Below are positions 22,976 to 33,733 of a stretch of DNA of 64,000 nt, piece by piece. This DNA is from Basidiobolus meristosporus CBS 931.73. Taxonomy: Eukaryota > Fungi > Basidiobolomycota. Each line of letters begins with the position of its first letter. Positions within the stretch are counted from its first letter, which is position 1. The DNA lies in the NCBI GenBank assembly GCA_002104905.1, contig MCFE01000130.1, positions 62,001 to 126,000 on the forward strand. Direction: 5' to 3'. The notes under the pieces are model-generated. The model searched no databases and was not told the DNA's origin. It saw nothing but the letters and a program-made list of their open reading frames with translations. The translations under genes and the position numbers were made by a program.

Positions 22976-25900
22976 CTAAATGTTCATACTGACTAGTCCT
23001 AATTTTGACCTAAGATATTCAAACTTGTCTCTAGCTAATGGTTTGGTAAATATGTCTGCAATCATTTCATCTGTAGGGCAGTAAACTAAGCTAACTAAGT
23101 TATTCTCTATAGCTTCATGTATGAAATGATGTCTAATATCTATGTGCTTAGTTATAGCATGAAAAGTTGGATTTCTACCTAATTGTATACATCCTTGATT
23201 ATCTTGAAATAAAGTAATAGGCGTTTTTTGACATAGGCCTAAATCTGTAAGAAGTTTTCCTAACCACATTGCTTCTTTTGTAGCTTCACAAGCTGCAATA
23301 TACTCTGCCTCTGTGGTGGAAAGTGCTACGGTTGGTTGCTTTCTTGAATTCCATGAAATTGCTCCTTTACAGTAAAGAAAGGTGTATCCTATGGTGGATC
23401 TTCTGTCTTCTAGATTTTGTCCCCAATCAGCATCAGAGTATCCCACAAGATCCTGTTCTGAATCCTTATAAGTGTATCTTAAGCAGATATCAGCAGCTCC
23501 TTTTAGGTATCTAAAAATCCGCTTAACTGCTGCAATATGATCAGATCCATAGTTCTGATTATGTTGGCTGACAACTCCCACTGAATACAAGATATCTGGA
23601 CGTGTTCCAAGCATGATATACATCAGACTGCCAACCATAGATGGATAAGGAAAGTCAGGGCTTTCAAATAGCACCAAGCTCTTTTGGTTTGGTTGAGTTT
23701 TGACCAAGTTAAGGTTTGTCTCCATTGGGGTAGCTGCTGGTTTACAGTCTTCCATTTGGTACTTCTTTAGTATATCTTGAATATACTTGGATTGGCTTAG
23801 GGTGATAGTCTGGGTACTTCTGTCTATGGAGAACTTAATCCCTAAGTAGTAACTGAGTTCTCCTAGATCAGACATCTTGAACTCATTAGATAGGCTGGAT
23901 TTAGTCTCTTCCAATGTTTCTAGGTTATTGGCAGCTATAATAAGTTCATCCACATATAGAGCTAATAGGACTAGATTTGCTCTATCTGGCTTATAGTATA
24001 TACTATAGGCAGCATTACTCCTCTTGAAACTCAAAGATTCCAAATAAGAATCTATCTTGCAATTCCAGGCTCTTGGTGATTGTTTGAGACCATAGAGTGA
24101 CTTTTAAGCTTGCAGACCAAATGGGGGTTATCTTAGTCAACAAACCCATCAGGCTGGTCCATATACACATCCTCATCAAGTTCTCCATTCAAAAATGCAG
24201 TTTTTACATCCATTTAATGAATAAAATATTTATATATGGCTGAAATAGTCAATATTAATCTAATGGAATTAAACTTGGCTACCAGTGCAAAGGTCTCAGT
24301 ATAGTCAAGTCCTTTTGTTTGAGAGTATCCTTTGGCTACAAGTCTTGCTTTGTATCTTTCAATTGTACCATCAGCCTTGTATTTTGTCTTGAAGACCCAT
24401 CTGCATCCAATTGATTTTTGGTTGATTGATAATTTGACTAAGTCCCAAGTTTGCTTTTCTATCAGGGCCTGATATTCCTCAGTCATTGCAGATCTCCAAA
24501 ACTTCATCTGAGGGCTATTTAGGGCCTCTTTTACAGTCTGGGGCTCATCAATATGGACTGAATAGGCATAGGCTAAGTTTGTACCCTCATTGATATAGTA
24601 ATTTGGGCTATTTCTTGTCCAATTGGATCTCCAAGCATTTGATACTGGAATGATCACTTCTGAGATATTCCTGGGCACTGATTCTGGCTGAACCACGGTT
24701 GTAGAGTCCTCTGGAGTGAAAAAAATTTCATTGTTTTGCTCTGATTCAATCCTGACAATTGATGGACTTGAGATCAAATTTTTGTCATCATCCAATGTCA
24801 TTTTTTGTGAAAATTTTGAATTTTCATCACACAACACATCCCTGGACTTGATCAGCTTCTTTGCTTTGGTATTGTAGAGTCTGTATGCCTTACTCTCATT
24901 GCAGTAGCCCAAAAATATGCATTTTACACTTTTTGGCTCAAATTTTGACTGATTTCCGGCCAGTTGTTTGGCATATGCTGTACACCCAAATTTTCTTAGA
25001 TGTTCTGCGCTTGGTCTGTATCCATACCATGCTTCATATGGAGTAGAATCACAAAGTATTCTGTTATAACTCCTATTTTTAAGGTATACAGCAGTGGCAA
25101 CTGTTTCCGCCCAAAAATCATAGGATAATTTTTGATCATGGATCATAGATCTTGCCATATCAATTATTGATCTGTTAGCTTGTTCTGCTACTCCATTTTG
25201 CTGTGGGGAGTATGGTACAGTAGTCTCTTGCTTTATCCCATGAATTTTGCAGAAGTGGATGAAGAGTTTTGAGGTATATTCTCCACCTTTGTCAGAGCAT
25301 ATTTTCTTGATTTTATCACCAGTTTCTCTCTCCACCATGGCTTTAAACTCCCTGAACTTAGACAGAGCTTCCTCCTTTCTCTCCATGAAGTAGACCCATG
25401 TGTATCTTGTATAACCATCAATAAAAGTGATTAAATACTTCATCCCACCTAAGGATGAATTTTGCATAGGTCCACACAGATCTGAGTGAATTAGATCTAA
25501 TTTTTTTCTTAGTTTTGATTAACCCAGAGCTCTTGAATGGTTGTCTGGCTTGTTTCCCATATATGCAGGCTTCACAGTGCTCCAAATTAGCTGGGGGATC
25601 AATTTTCACTCCAGAAATTAGCTGATCTTTGATCATTTTACGCAAATAATCAAAATTGATGTGTCCAAATCTCCTATGCCAAAGCATTGGTGTTTCTTCA
25701 TTTATGTTACTTATATTGGCTTCCAGATATGATGGAATATAAGTCAACTTGTATAGATTCTGATCTCTGATGCCCAAAGCAATATGAGCACCATTTTGAT
25801 CAGTGATCCTGCATCCAGAATTATCAAAACTGAAACTGAGTCCTTCTGCTGTGGCCTTGCTTACAGAGAGTAGGTTCTTGGCTATTTCTGGTACATAGAG

Positions 25901-26340
25901 TACTTCTTTAAAGGTCAGTGTATGGCTTCCTTCACTGCTTCTGAGGTTTACTTGGATAGTTCCTTCTCCCACTGCATCAAGTGTTCTACTGTCACCCATG
26001 AAAACCTTCTTAATTGGAATTTCTTGATATTGGGTAAAAAGTTCTTTTTGGTGTGTAAAGTGTTGAGAAGCTCCAGAGTCAATATACCACGTCTGAGAAT
26101 CCCTGTTTGTGGTCATATTTAGTGCAGATATGAATAGTCTATCTTCAGTTGTTGCAGCATTTCCATATTCAGTCTTCTTTTGCTGATAATCTCTCATCTT
26201 GAGACACCAGTTTGATGTTTGTTCTTTCCTTTTGCAGTAGTTGCAAAACAGGTTGCCATTGCCTTTGTAGGGTCTTGGGTACCTCCTTTGTTGGTGATCA
26301 TTGCTTATCAAAGCATTTTCTTCTTCCTTCTTATTGGTGC
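22976..26340 (-). pseudogene. Copia gag C-terminus and pol (protease, integrase, RT, RNase H), disrupted
   Basis: Knuckle CNYCKRKEQTSNWC (His lost), protease WYIDSGASQH, GAG-pre-integrase LWHRRFGH..CEAC, integrase SDKGGEY/PQQNGVAE, RT YKARLVAKGYSQ and LYVDE, RNase H GYSDADW/QDNQ/KHIDIRHH. Lesions: +1 shift in the T7 run 25501-25507, TAA at 24214-24216 (HQMDV), TAA at 24133-24135, -1 shift near 24102-24105. Confidence 0.95.
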
Positions 26341-27420
26341 TGTGGTGGTGTATAAGTCCAAAGGGCAAAATATGGCCAATACTTCTCAAGTGTGAATGTG
26401 TGTGGGGTGTTCACTGGGTGCAATAACCTCTGGCAAAAGCTTGCTAGGAATACTGGGTCTTTTGTCTAATCTAATGTGATGGGGGATAAAGCCTCAATCT
26501 TGTCAAGGGAAAACTATTGAACTACAATCCCCAACTTGGTTGGCGTCTTAACAAAAGTTTATAATGGCTTCAACGTCCTTTGAGATGACAATGTACTAAA
26601 GCTTCCAAAGTCAAAACAACTGTAAACTCCACCAACAGGGACTTGATAAGAATGCAGCTTTGACCAATAGTTACAAAGACTGAAAAGTATCTTTGCCTGT
26701 ACAAGAACAAACTTGGGAAAACACACAAATATAATAAAATATACCTACTCTGAGTATTCCTCACAAGTAGTGCCTCCAAGGTCAGTTGGCTGTCAGCACA
26801 GTTTCCTGGGAGTATTGTCAGGTCTGAGTCAGAAAATAGTGGTAATAGGCAGTGGTGATCTCACTAATCAAAAAGTCGGAATATTGAAAGAGGGATGATT
26901 TATTTTAAGGGATAGCCTCCCTTATATACTTTTTTTTCTGCTCAAATTCTTGCTAGAAAATACTTTCCGGAAGTTTCCAGAAGGTAGTAGACAGCCAATC
27001 ATGTCATTGTGTACTAGAAATAGCGCAAATTCTTGGCGGATTGTTCCATGAGACATAGTAGCACCTAGCCAATCAGGTAGTGGTAATATGAAACCCCTGT
27101 GTCATGTGGTTGCCTCTTGTGGTAGTAGGATAGGAGGGTTATGAAACCAAGACGGTCACATGACATGGGCACTGTTGGGGTATTTGCCTTATATGGTAAC
27201 TATCTTATCTTGGCATCTTGGCAAGGAATAAGAATAGCTTGTGCAATGGGTTAATAGTGACAAATAGTTTGTCAGGTTGCATAGTAATAATCACATAGAC
27301 AAAAATAGGAAATATTGCAAATTTGGGATGATACTAATGTAGGGGGGTAATCCTTTTTAGGGAAGTGAGCGTATGGGAATGAGCACATCTGCCTGTGGGT
27401 GTCACTGTGACCCCACTACA
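26341..27420 (-). mobile_element. 1080-bp solo LTR (probably Ty3/Gypsy-type) nested in Copia gag
   Basis: Termini TGTGGTGG...CCACTACA (imperfect inverted repeat, TG..CA). 4-bp TSD GTGC/GCGC. On the minus strand, TATATAA (26922-26928) is followed by AATAAA (26899-26904). Removing it restores the gag frame. Confidence 0.8.
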
Positions 27421-28031
27421 GCGCTTGATTTTCTTAATTCTTCATCCAGGAGCCTTCCATATACATAATTTAAGGTCAAATCTTCAGTTCTGGACTCTAG
27501 GGCTGATACAAGTCCCTGAAACTCATCTGTCAGGCTATTCAGGATGGTAACTATCACATCTTCATCAGTAGTTGGTACGCCCACAGATTCCATCTCATCT
27601 ACCAGCAGGGTAATTCTGTTAATTAGATTTTTCATTTCTTCTCCTGGCAGCATCTTTGTGGTAAAAAATTTTTGTCCTGGATACATTTTCTTGGCAGCTG
27701 AACATGACTGGTAGGTGTCTTCTAATGCTTTACAGGCATTCTTTGTCTTTTTTGCTCTTGAGCATTGAATTAGCAATTTGTCCTTGACATTAAGGCAAAT
27801 GCAGTTAAAGGCACTTTGTTCTTTCTTCTGGTACTTTAAGGCTTCCTCTCCCATATTTTTAGGAGGGCATTCTTCCCCCATGACAATATCCCAAAGGCCT
27901 CTTTCTTGTAGCAGCATCTTCATCATCACCTTCCACACTTGGTAGTTAGATCCATCCAACTTTTCAGCGGAGGGAAAAATTCCGGTAATAGCAGTAGTAG
28001 ACATTGTAGAGAGTGACAGCTTGGGGCTCAT
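27421..28031 (-). CDS. Copia gag N-terminal part (UBN2/Retrotran_gag_2-like)
   Basis: MSPKLSLSTMSTT..KLDGSNYQVWKVMMKMLLQERGLWDIV..ILNSLTDEFQGLVSALE..LLDEELRKSSA, interrupted by the nested LTR. Confidence 0.9.
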
Positions 28032-29669
28032 AACCTGTTGTAAGAGTCTTGGCAATATTGGAAGTGATTGGGAGGACAAGTAGATTATGTGGTTTCCACT
28101 TAATGATTTATTGAATGTAAAAGTAGTATTTATACTTTTACCTGGTCTTGGCATTACAAACGTGTAGAATAAGTTAAGGAAGGTCCCAAGAGCATGTGTA
28201 CAAGGTTTGGGGCTGTTTGGGCAACTTTGAGAATTTTCATGTTCTGGGTACCTGGTATTTTGGTGAAAATATTCTAAGTAAATCCCAACAAGGAATTTGG
28301 GTCAGTATTCTCTAGGATTTAAAGGTGATGATCTAAGTGACTAAGTTAGGTGAATATTTAGGTGGAAATACAAATTTTTACAACACAAACTAGGGTACTT
28401 CCCAAATGGAGCCAAAACTTATGTAGACCATATTTGGACTATCTGGCAATGTAGATATGTTCTATGGAGCCTCTTGTGCAAAGTTCTCAAGCCAGAAACC
28501 CCAGAAGAGCCTTGAAACTTCAACAGGATCTGTCAGATATTGTAGTACATATTGAAGCAGATTATTTAATGCAGAAGTCTGGTTGTCTGCTGTCTATGGA
28601 GCTGAAAGAAAAAGGTGCAAGGATCAACCAAGAGGGTTTTATGGATTCTGCAGATGCTGAGAAGATCAGTTAGCCTTTCAAACCAAGCTCAAAGTTGAAA
28701 ATAACTATGAGGAGAATGAGGATAATCAAAACCCTTGTCAAGGAGAATATCACTTCTGAAAAAGCGCCAATCTCTATTCTACAAGTATATCCTGATAAGA
28801 CAAAAGCAGCTGTATCAATCCAAATCAGTAGAAGCACTCTAAGAATAGCTACCAAACAACCTATGATGTTGTCCAATACCAAACTGGGTAAATCAAGAAG
28901 CAAATGGACTTTGAATCTACCATAAATGAAGTAATCAGTCCTAAGAAAGTTGTTGCTACTTAAAGAAGACAAGGATGACCATTTAGATCATCTTTGTGAA
29001 TCTGAACCACTAAACAGATGTGGTTCAAGTGGGAGCAGGCCATCCCAGCTCAGAGTTGAGCAAAAACCTTTTTTTTGGCCATGTTTGTATGTGCCACTGT
29101 GCCAGGAAATGAGGATAATCTAGATCAGGAGTAAATAACAAAACCTTAACTTGGCCCAATATAGGTCATTTCTTTTACCTCATATAGAGTCTATATGATG
29201 GAAGTAACTGTCCCTGAGCCAAATATGGACATACAGTGAAGTTGTCTAAGTGAATTAGACTTTTGCCTGGAAATAAGGAAACTCCAGATCTGCCATAAGT
29301 GACAAAACCTTAACTTGACCAAAAGTGGGTTAAATTTGCTCAAATAAGAAGCGTTGGATAGCCCAGAGGCTATATATCAGTATTACAATCTAACAATTAG
29401 ACTTGGAGCATTGTTCAATCTTGTACAACTGATCAAAACTGATGGTTAGTATTTTGATCAGATCATTCTGATTTTTAGGCATACTATTAAGTTGATATGC
29501 ACACTGGGTTACAGGTTTTTTTTCTTGTTCAAATAAGTTGAACACAAGTGCATATACTGTTGGATGATATATTAGTCCAGTATGCAACACAGCCAAATCT
29601 TACTGCTTATTGCAGATTGGACACTCTCAATATGTATTTATTACTCATGAATATTTTGTCGAGTGGGAA

Positions 29670-30018
29670 TGGTGCAATTATTAAGTTGTCACCAAAATAT
29701 TCATGCTAACTTAGTCACATAGACCTTATTATTTGATTAGCATTTTGTCCTGATCAAATTTCTTGTGGGGATTTACTTAGAATATTTTTACCAAATTGTC
29801 AGGTACCCAGATTCTTATTTTTCTCAAAGTTGTCCTAAAGACCCCAAACTCTGCACACATATTCTTGGGACCTTCCTTAGCAAACTCTGCATGCTTGTCT
29901 TCTCTACTCTATCAAAAGTATAAATACCATACTTTTGATCAATAAATCTATTAGTGAATAACATGTAAATCATCTAGTTCTCCACATCACTTCCAATACT
30001 CCTCATTATATTGCAACA
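29670..30018 (+). repeat. 3' LTR of element B
   Basis: Preceded by the PPT GAGTGGGAA. TGGTG(TGTTG)...CAACA termini. Followed by TSD ATTGT. Confidence 0.9.
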
Positions 30019-30098
30019 ATTGTGACTATGATGGAGAAGAACAAAATTGTCTTTATTTATTCAAGAGGAAAGGATCTGATACCAAACACAGCACCTGG
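30019..30098 (+). pseudogene. Remainder of the Gypsy chromodomain split off by element B
   Basis: Reads DYDGEEQNCLYLFKRKGSDTKHSTW. Joined to FEVEAIV at 20208 it gives the chromodomain pattern (F/Y)EVExIxD...YLxKWKG...TW, with a 1-nt frame discrepancy at the join. Confidence 0.7.
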
Positions 30099-30445
30099 CG
30101 TTGTAAGAGTCTTGGAGATATTGGAAGTGATTGGGAGGACAAGTAGATTATGTGGTTTTCACTTAATGATTCATTGAATGTAAAAGCAGTATTTATACTT
30201 TTACATGGTCTTGGCATAACAAACACATAGAATAGGTTGAAGAAGGTCCCAAGAACATGCATGCAAAGGTTGGGGCTGTTTGGACAACTTTGAGAATTTT
30301 CATGTTCTGGGTACCTGGTATTTTGGTGAATATTCTGAGTAAATCCCAACAAAGAATCTGGGTAGTATTCTCTAGGATTTGAAGGTAATGATCTAAGTGA
30401 CTAAGTTAGGTGAATATTTAGGTGGAAATACAAATTTTTACAGCA
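30099..30445 (-). mobile_element. LTR, family A (no matching TSD)
   Basis: Full-length alignment to the 22616 LTR with mutated ends CGTTG...CAGCA. Flanks CCTGG/AGGTG do not match. Confidence 0.85.
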
Positions 30446-30449
30446 AGGT

Positions 30450-30860
30450 GTGGATCAACAAAGCTAGGCAGATTTCCAAGGCAAGGCTGTTTATTGAAGA
30501 CCTGTGTTTATCAGGCTGAGGAATACATAAGGGGGAGATGGGACTTTATATACCTTTTGACAATATGGATCCCAAGAGATATTGGCTAATACTGATGGGG
30601 TTCTGGGGTGAGGCGCAGTAAGTGTGCCAGGATAGAAATATACTAAAGAACAGACTAGAATATCACATGGTGATATGTCAGGGGTCAGCTGATCATGTGG
30701 CTAGGTCATGCAACATGCAATTGCCACATATGGTAATGAGCTACATAAATTCCAAAGGGGAGCTTCCATGGAATGTTCCATTGTATAATGTTAACTTGGA
30801 GCTTTCCAGAAGTTGCTAGAATGTAGTAGAACTTTTCTAGAAGGAACTGGGATTTCTTCA
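30450..30860 (-). repeat. LTR-like fragment resembling the 26341-27420 solo LTR
   Basis: Same TTTATT..AAGGG..CTTTATATAC layout and TTCCAGAAG..GTAGTAG motif as 26895-26990. Similarity is patchy. Confidence 0.35.
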
Positions 30861-30899
30861 CCAACTCAATTTAGCTTGAACATTGGAGATCAGGGATGT

Positions 30900-32377
30900 C
30901 ATGTGATCATGACAGAAACTGAGTCCTTCTGCTGTGGCCTTGCTCAGAGATAATAGGTTTTTGGCTATTTCTGGTACATATATTACATCTTTGAGGGTAA
31001 GTGTATGACTTCCTTCATTGCTTCTAAGGTTCACTTGGATAGCTCCTTCTCCCACTGTATCTAGTGTTCTATTGTCACCCATGAAAACCTTCTTGATTGG
31101 AATCTCTTGATATTGGGTAAAAAGTTCCTTTTGATGTGTAAAGTGTTGAGATGCTCCAGAGTCAATGTACCATGTCTAAGAATCCTTGTTTGTTGTCATA
31201 TTTAGTGCAGATATGAATAGTCTATCTTCTATTGTTGCAGCATTTCCATCTTCAAACTTCTGTTGCTGATATAACTTGCTTTTTGAGGCACTGGTCTAAG
31301 GTGTATCTTTTCCTTTTGCAGTAGCTACACAACAGGTTGCTGTTGCCTCTAAAATGTCTTGAGTACCTCCTTGTTTGTTATCATTGCTTATCAAAGCATT
31401 TATTTCTTCCTTCATTTTGGCACTTGATTTTCTTAATTTTTCATCCAGGAGCCTTCCATATATGCAACTTAAGGTCAAATCATCAGTTCTGGGCTCTAGG
31501 GATGATACAAGACCCTAAAACTTGTCTGTCAGGCTATTCAGGATGGTATCAATTGCATCCTCATCAGTAGTTGGTACACCCACTGCTTCCATCTCATCCA
31601 CCAACATGATAATTCTGTTAGTTGTATTTTTTGTTTCTTCTCCTGGCAGCATCTTTGTAGTAAAGAATTTCTGTCTAAGCTACACTTCCTTAGCAGCTGA
31701 ACATGACTGGTAGGTGTCTTCTAATGCTTTACAGGCATTCTTTGCCATTTTTGCTCTTGACATTGAATTAACAATTTGTCTTTGACATTAAGTGCAGTTA
31801 AAGGCACTTTGTTCTTTCTTCTGGTACTTTAAAGCTTCTGCTCCCACATCTTTAGGAGGGCACTCTTCTCTTATGACAATATCCCAAAGGACTCCTTCTT
31901 GTAGCTGCATCTTCATCTTCATCTTACACACTTGGTAGTTAGATCCATCCAGCTTTTCTGTAGAGGGAAAAATTCCAGTAAAAGCAGTAGTAGACATTCC
32001 TGAGAGTGAAAGCTTGGGGCTCATAATATGTTGCTAGAGACTTTGAGATATTAGAAGTGACTTGGAGAACAAGTAGATAATGTGGTTTTCACTTAACAAT
32101 TTATTGATTGTAAAAGTAGTATTTATACTTTTACTTGGTCTTGGTAGAGCAAACACAAAGAATAGGTTTAAGAAGGTCTCAAGAGCATGTGTGCAAAGTT
32201 TGGGGCTATTTGGACCACTTTGAGAATTTTCATGTTCTAGGTATCTGATATTTTGGTGAAAATATTCAAAGTAAATCCCAACAAGGAATTTGGTCAGCAT
32301 ACTCTAGGATCTAAAGGTAATGATCTAAGTGACTGAGTTAGGTGAGTATATAGGTGGAATTACATATTATTACAACA
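30900..32377 (-). mobile_element. Truncated Copia A copy (5' LTR 32029-32377 + PBS + gag + protease)
   Basis: MSPKLSLSGMSTT..EKLDGSNYQV, LLDEKLRKSSAKMKEEINALISND, MGDNRTLDTVGEGAIQVNL. Many stops and frameshifts; breaks off near 30900. Confidence 0.9.
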
Positions 32378-32952
32378 GTTAAAGTATGTCAATTGCAGCA
32401 GATGTGCACATATGTAGAGGTTTTTAAGCAGGAGGCTATAGTTTTTATTTATTCAAATTGTATGTGGAATACCCAAGGTAGTAGTGGGTAAGCAAATAAA
32501 CAGAGGTGATTCTACAGTGGAATATATGAACTGTGCAAGGGGAGGTAGCAAAAGGAAATACTATTTGGTAAATTGGTACCATGGTATTATACAGAACTGG
32601 CTGTAGGTCACCATACTGCCTTGATAAAGCCATTAGAGGCTTGCAATGAGGCTGTCAAAATGCCATCAAGTTTTTTGCCATATAAGACAATTGGATGTAC
32701 AGACTGGTTAGATCCACTCCAATAGTTGCAGAGCACACTAAGACCACAATAATGTCATGCCACCCCCAGCAAGACACTGCCCAAACATCTTCAAGTTTTT
32801 AACTTTATTTGGTGTTAAAATTAGCCAAACACTGTTATTGCCCCATCATAAGATTGTATAGAGGGTCATTAATTCTAAGCTGATGGTATTTTAATGGTCT
32901 CCTAACAGGATCCTGATGGCTGATCTGGATTGAATCCACCTGCAGGACCAAA

Positions 32953-33733
32953 TTATTTTTCATAGGGTCTGCTAATTTCTTTTTTCATTTCTTCTCCTGG
33001 CAGCATCTTTGTGGTAAAGAATTTTTGTCTGAGATACATCTTCTTAGCAGTTGAACATGACTGGTATGTGTCTTCTAATGCCTTCCAGGCATTCTTTGCG
33101 GTTTTTGCTCTTAAGCACTGAATTAGCAATTTGTCTTTGAGATTAAGGCAAATGCAGTTAAAGGCACTTTGTTCTTTCTTCTGGTACTCTATAGAATCCT
33201 CTCCCATGTTTTTAGGAGGGCATTCTTCTCCCATGACAACATCCCAAAGGCCTCTTTCTTGCAGCAGCATCTTCATCTTCACCTTCCATACTTGATAGTA
33301 GATCTATCCAACTTTACAGCAGAAGGGGAAATCCCAGTAATAGCAGTAGTAGACATTGTAGAGAGTAACAGCTTGGGGCTTGTAACCTTTTGTAAGAGTC
33401 TTGGTGATATTGAAAGTGATTGGGAGAACAAGTAGATTATGTAGTTTTCATATGAAGATTTATTGAATTTAAAAGTAGTATTTATACTTCTACATGGTCT
33501 TGGCATAACAAACATGTAGAATAGGTTTATGAAGGTCCCAAGAACATATGTGCAAAGTTTGGGGCTGTTGGACAACTTTGAGAATTCACATGTTCTGGGT
33601 ACCTGGTATTTTGGTGAAAATATTCCAAGTAATTCCAACAAGGAATTTGGTCAGTATTCTATAAGATTTGTAGGTATTGATCCGAGTGACTAAGTTAGGT
33701 GAATATTTATGTGTAATTGCAAAATTTACAACA
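32953..33733 (-). mobile_element. Truncated Copia A copy (5' LTR 33388-33733 + gag N-terminus)
   Basis: MKMKMLLQERGLWDVVMGEECPPKNMG..KKMYLRQKFFTTKMLPGEEMK. LTR ends CAACA at 33733. Confidence 0.9.

Larger units (their letters stand above)
22616..28385 (-). mobile_element. Full-length (defective) Ty1/Copia retrotransposon, LTR family A
   Basis: LTRs 22616-22964 and 28036-28385 (TGTTG..CAACA, ~13 substitutions + 1 indel, ~96%). TSD CAAAC at 22611-22615 and 28386-28390. PBS at 28024-28035, PPT GAGTGGGAG at 22965-22973. Gene order gag-PR-IN-RT-RH. Confidence 0.95.
20209..30018 (+). mobile_element. Copia-type LTR element family B, apparently non-autonomous, with nested insertions
   Basis: 5' LTR 20209-20556, PBS GGTTATGAGCCC 20557-20568, PPT GAGTGGGAA 29661-29669, 3' LTR 29670-30018. 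TSD ATTGT at 20204-20208 and 30019-30023. LTRs ~93% identical by manual count (~25 differences). Confidence 0.85.

Noticed and set aside
30094-32382. Pairing the 30099 LTR with the 32029 LTR as one element
   Set aside because: Flanks CCTGG and GTTAA do not match, no PPT follows the 30099 LTR, and unrelated sequence lies between them.
18324-33733. Many ~350-bp repeats that might suggest an array (CRISPR-like or satellite)
   Set aside because: They are LTRs with TG..CA ends, PBS/PPT and TSDs at irregular spacing; no short repeat-spacer array exists, and the window is eukaryotic.
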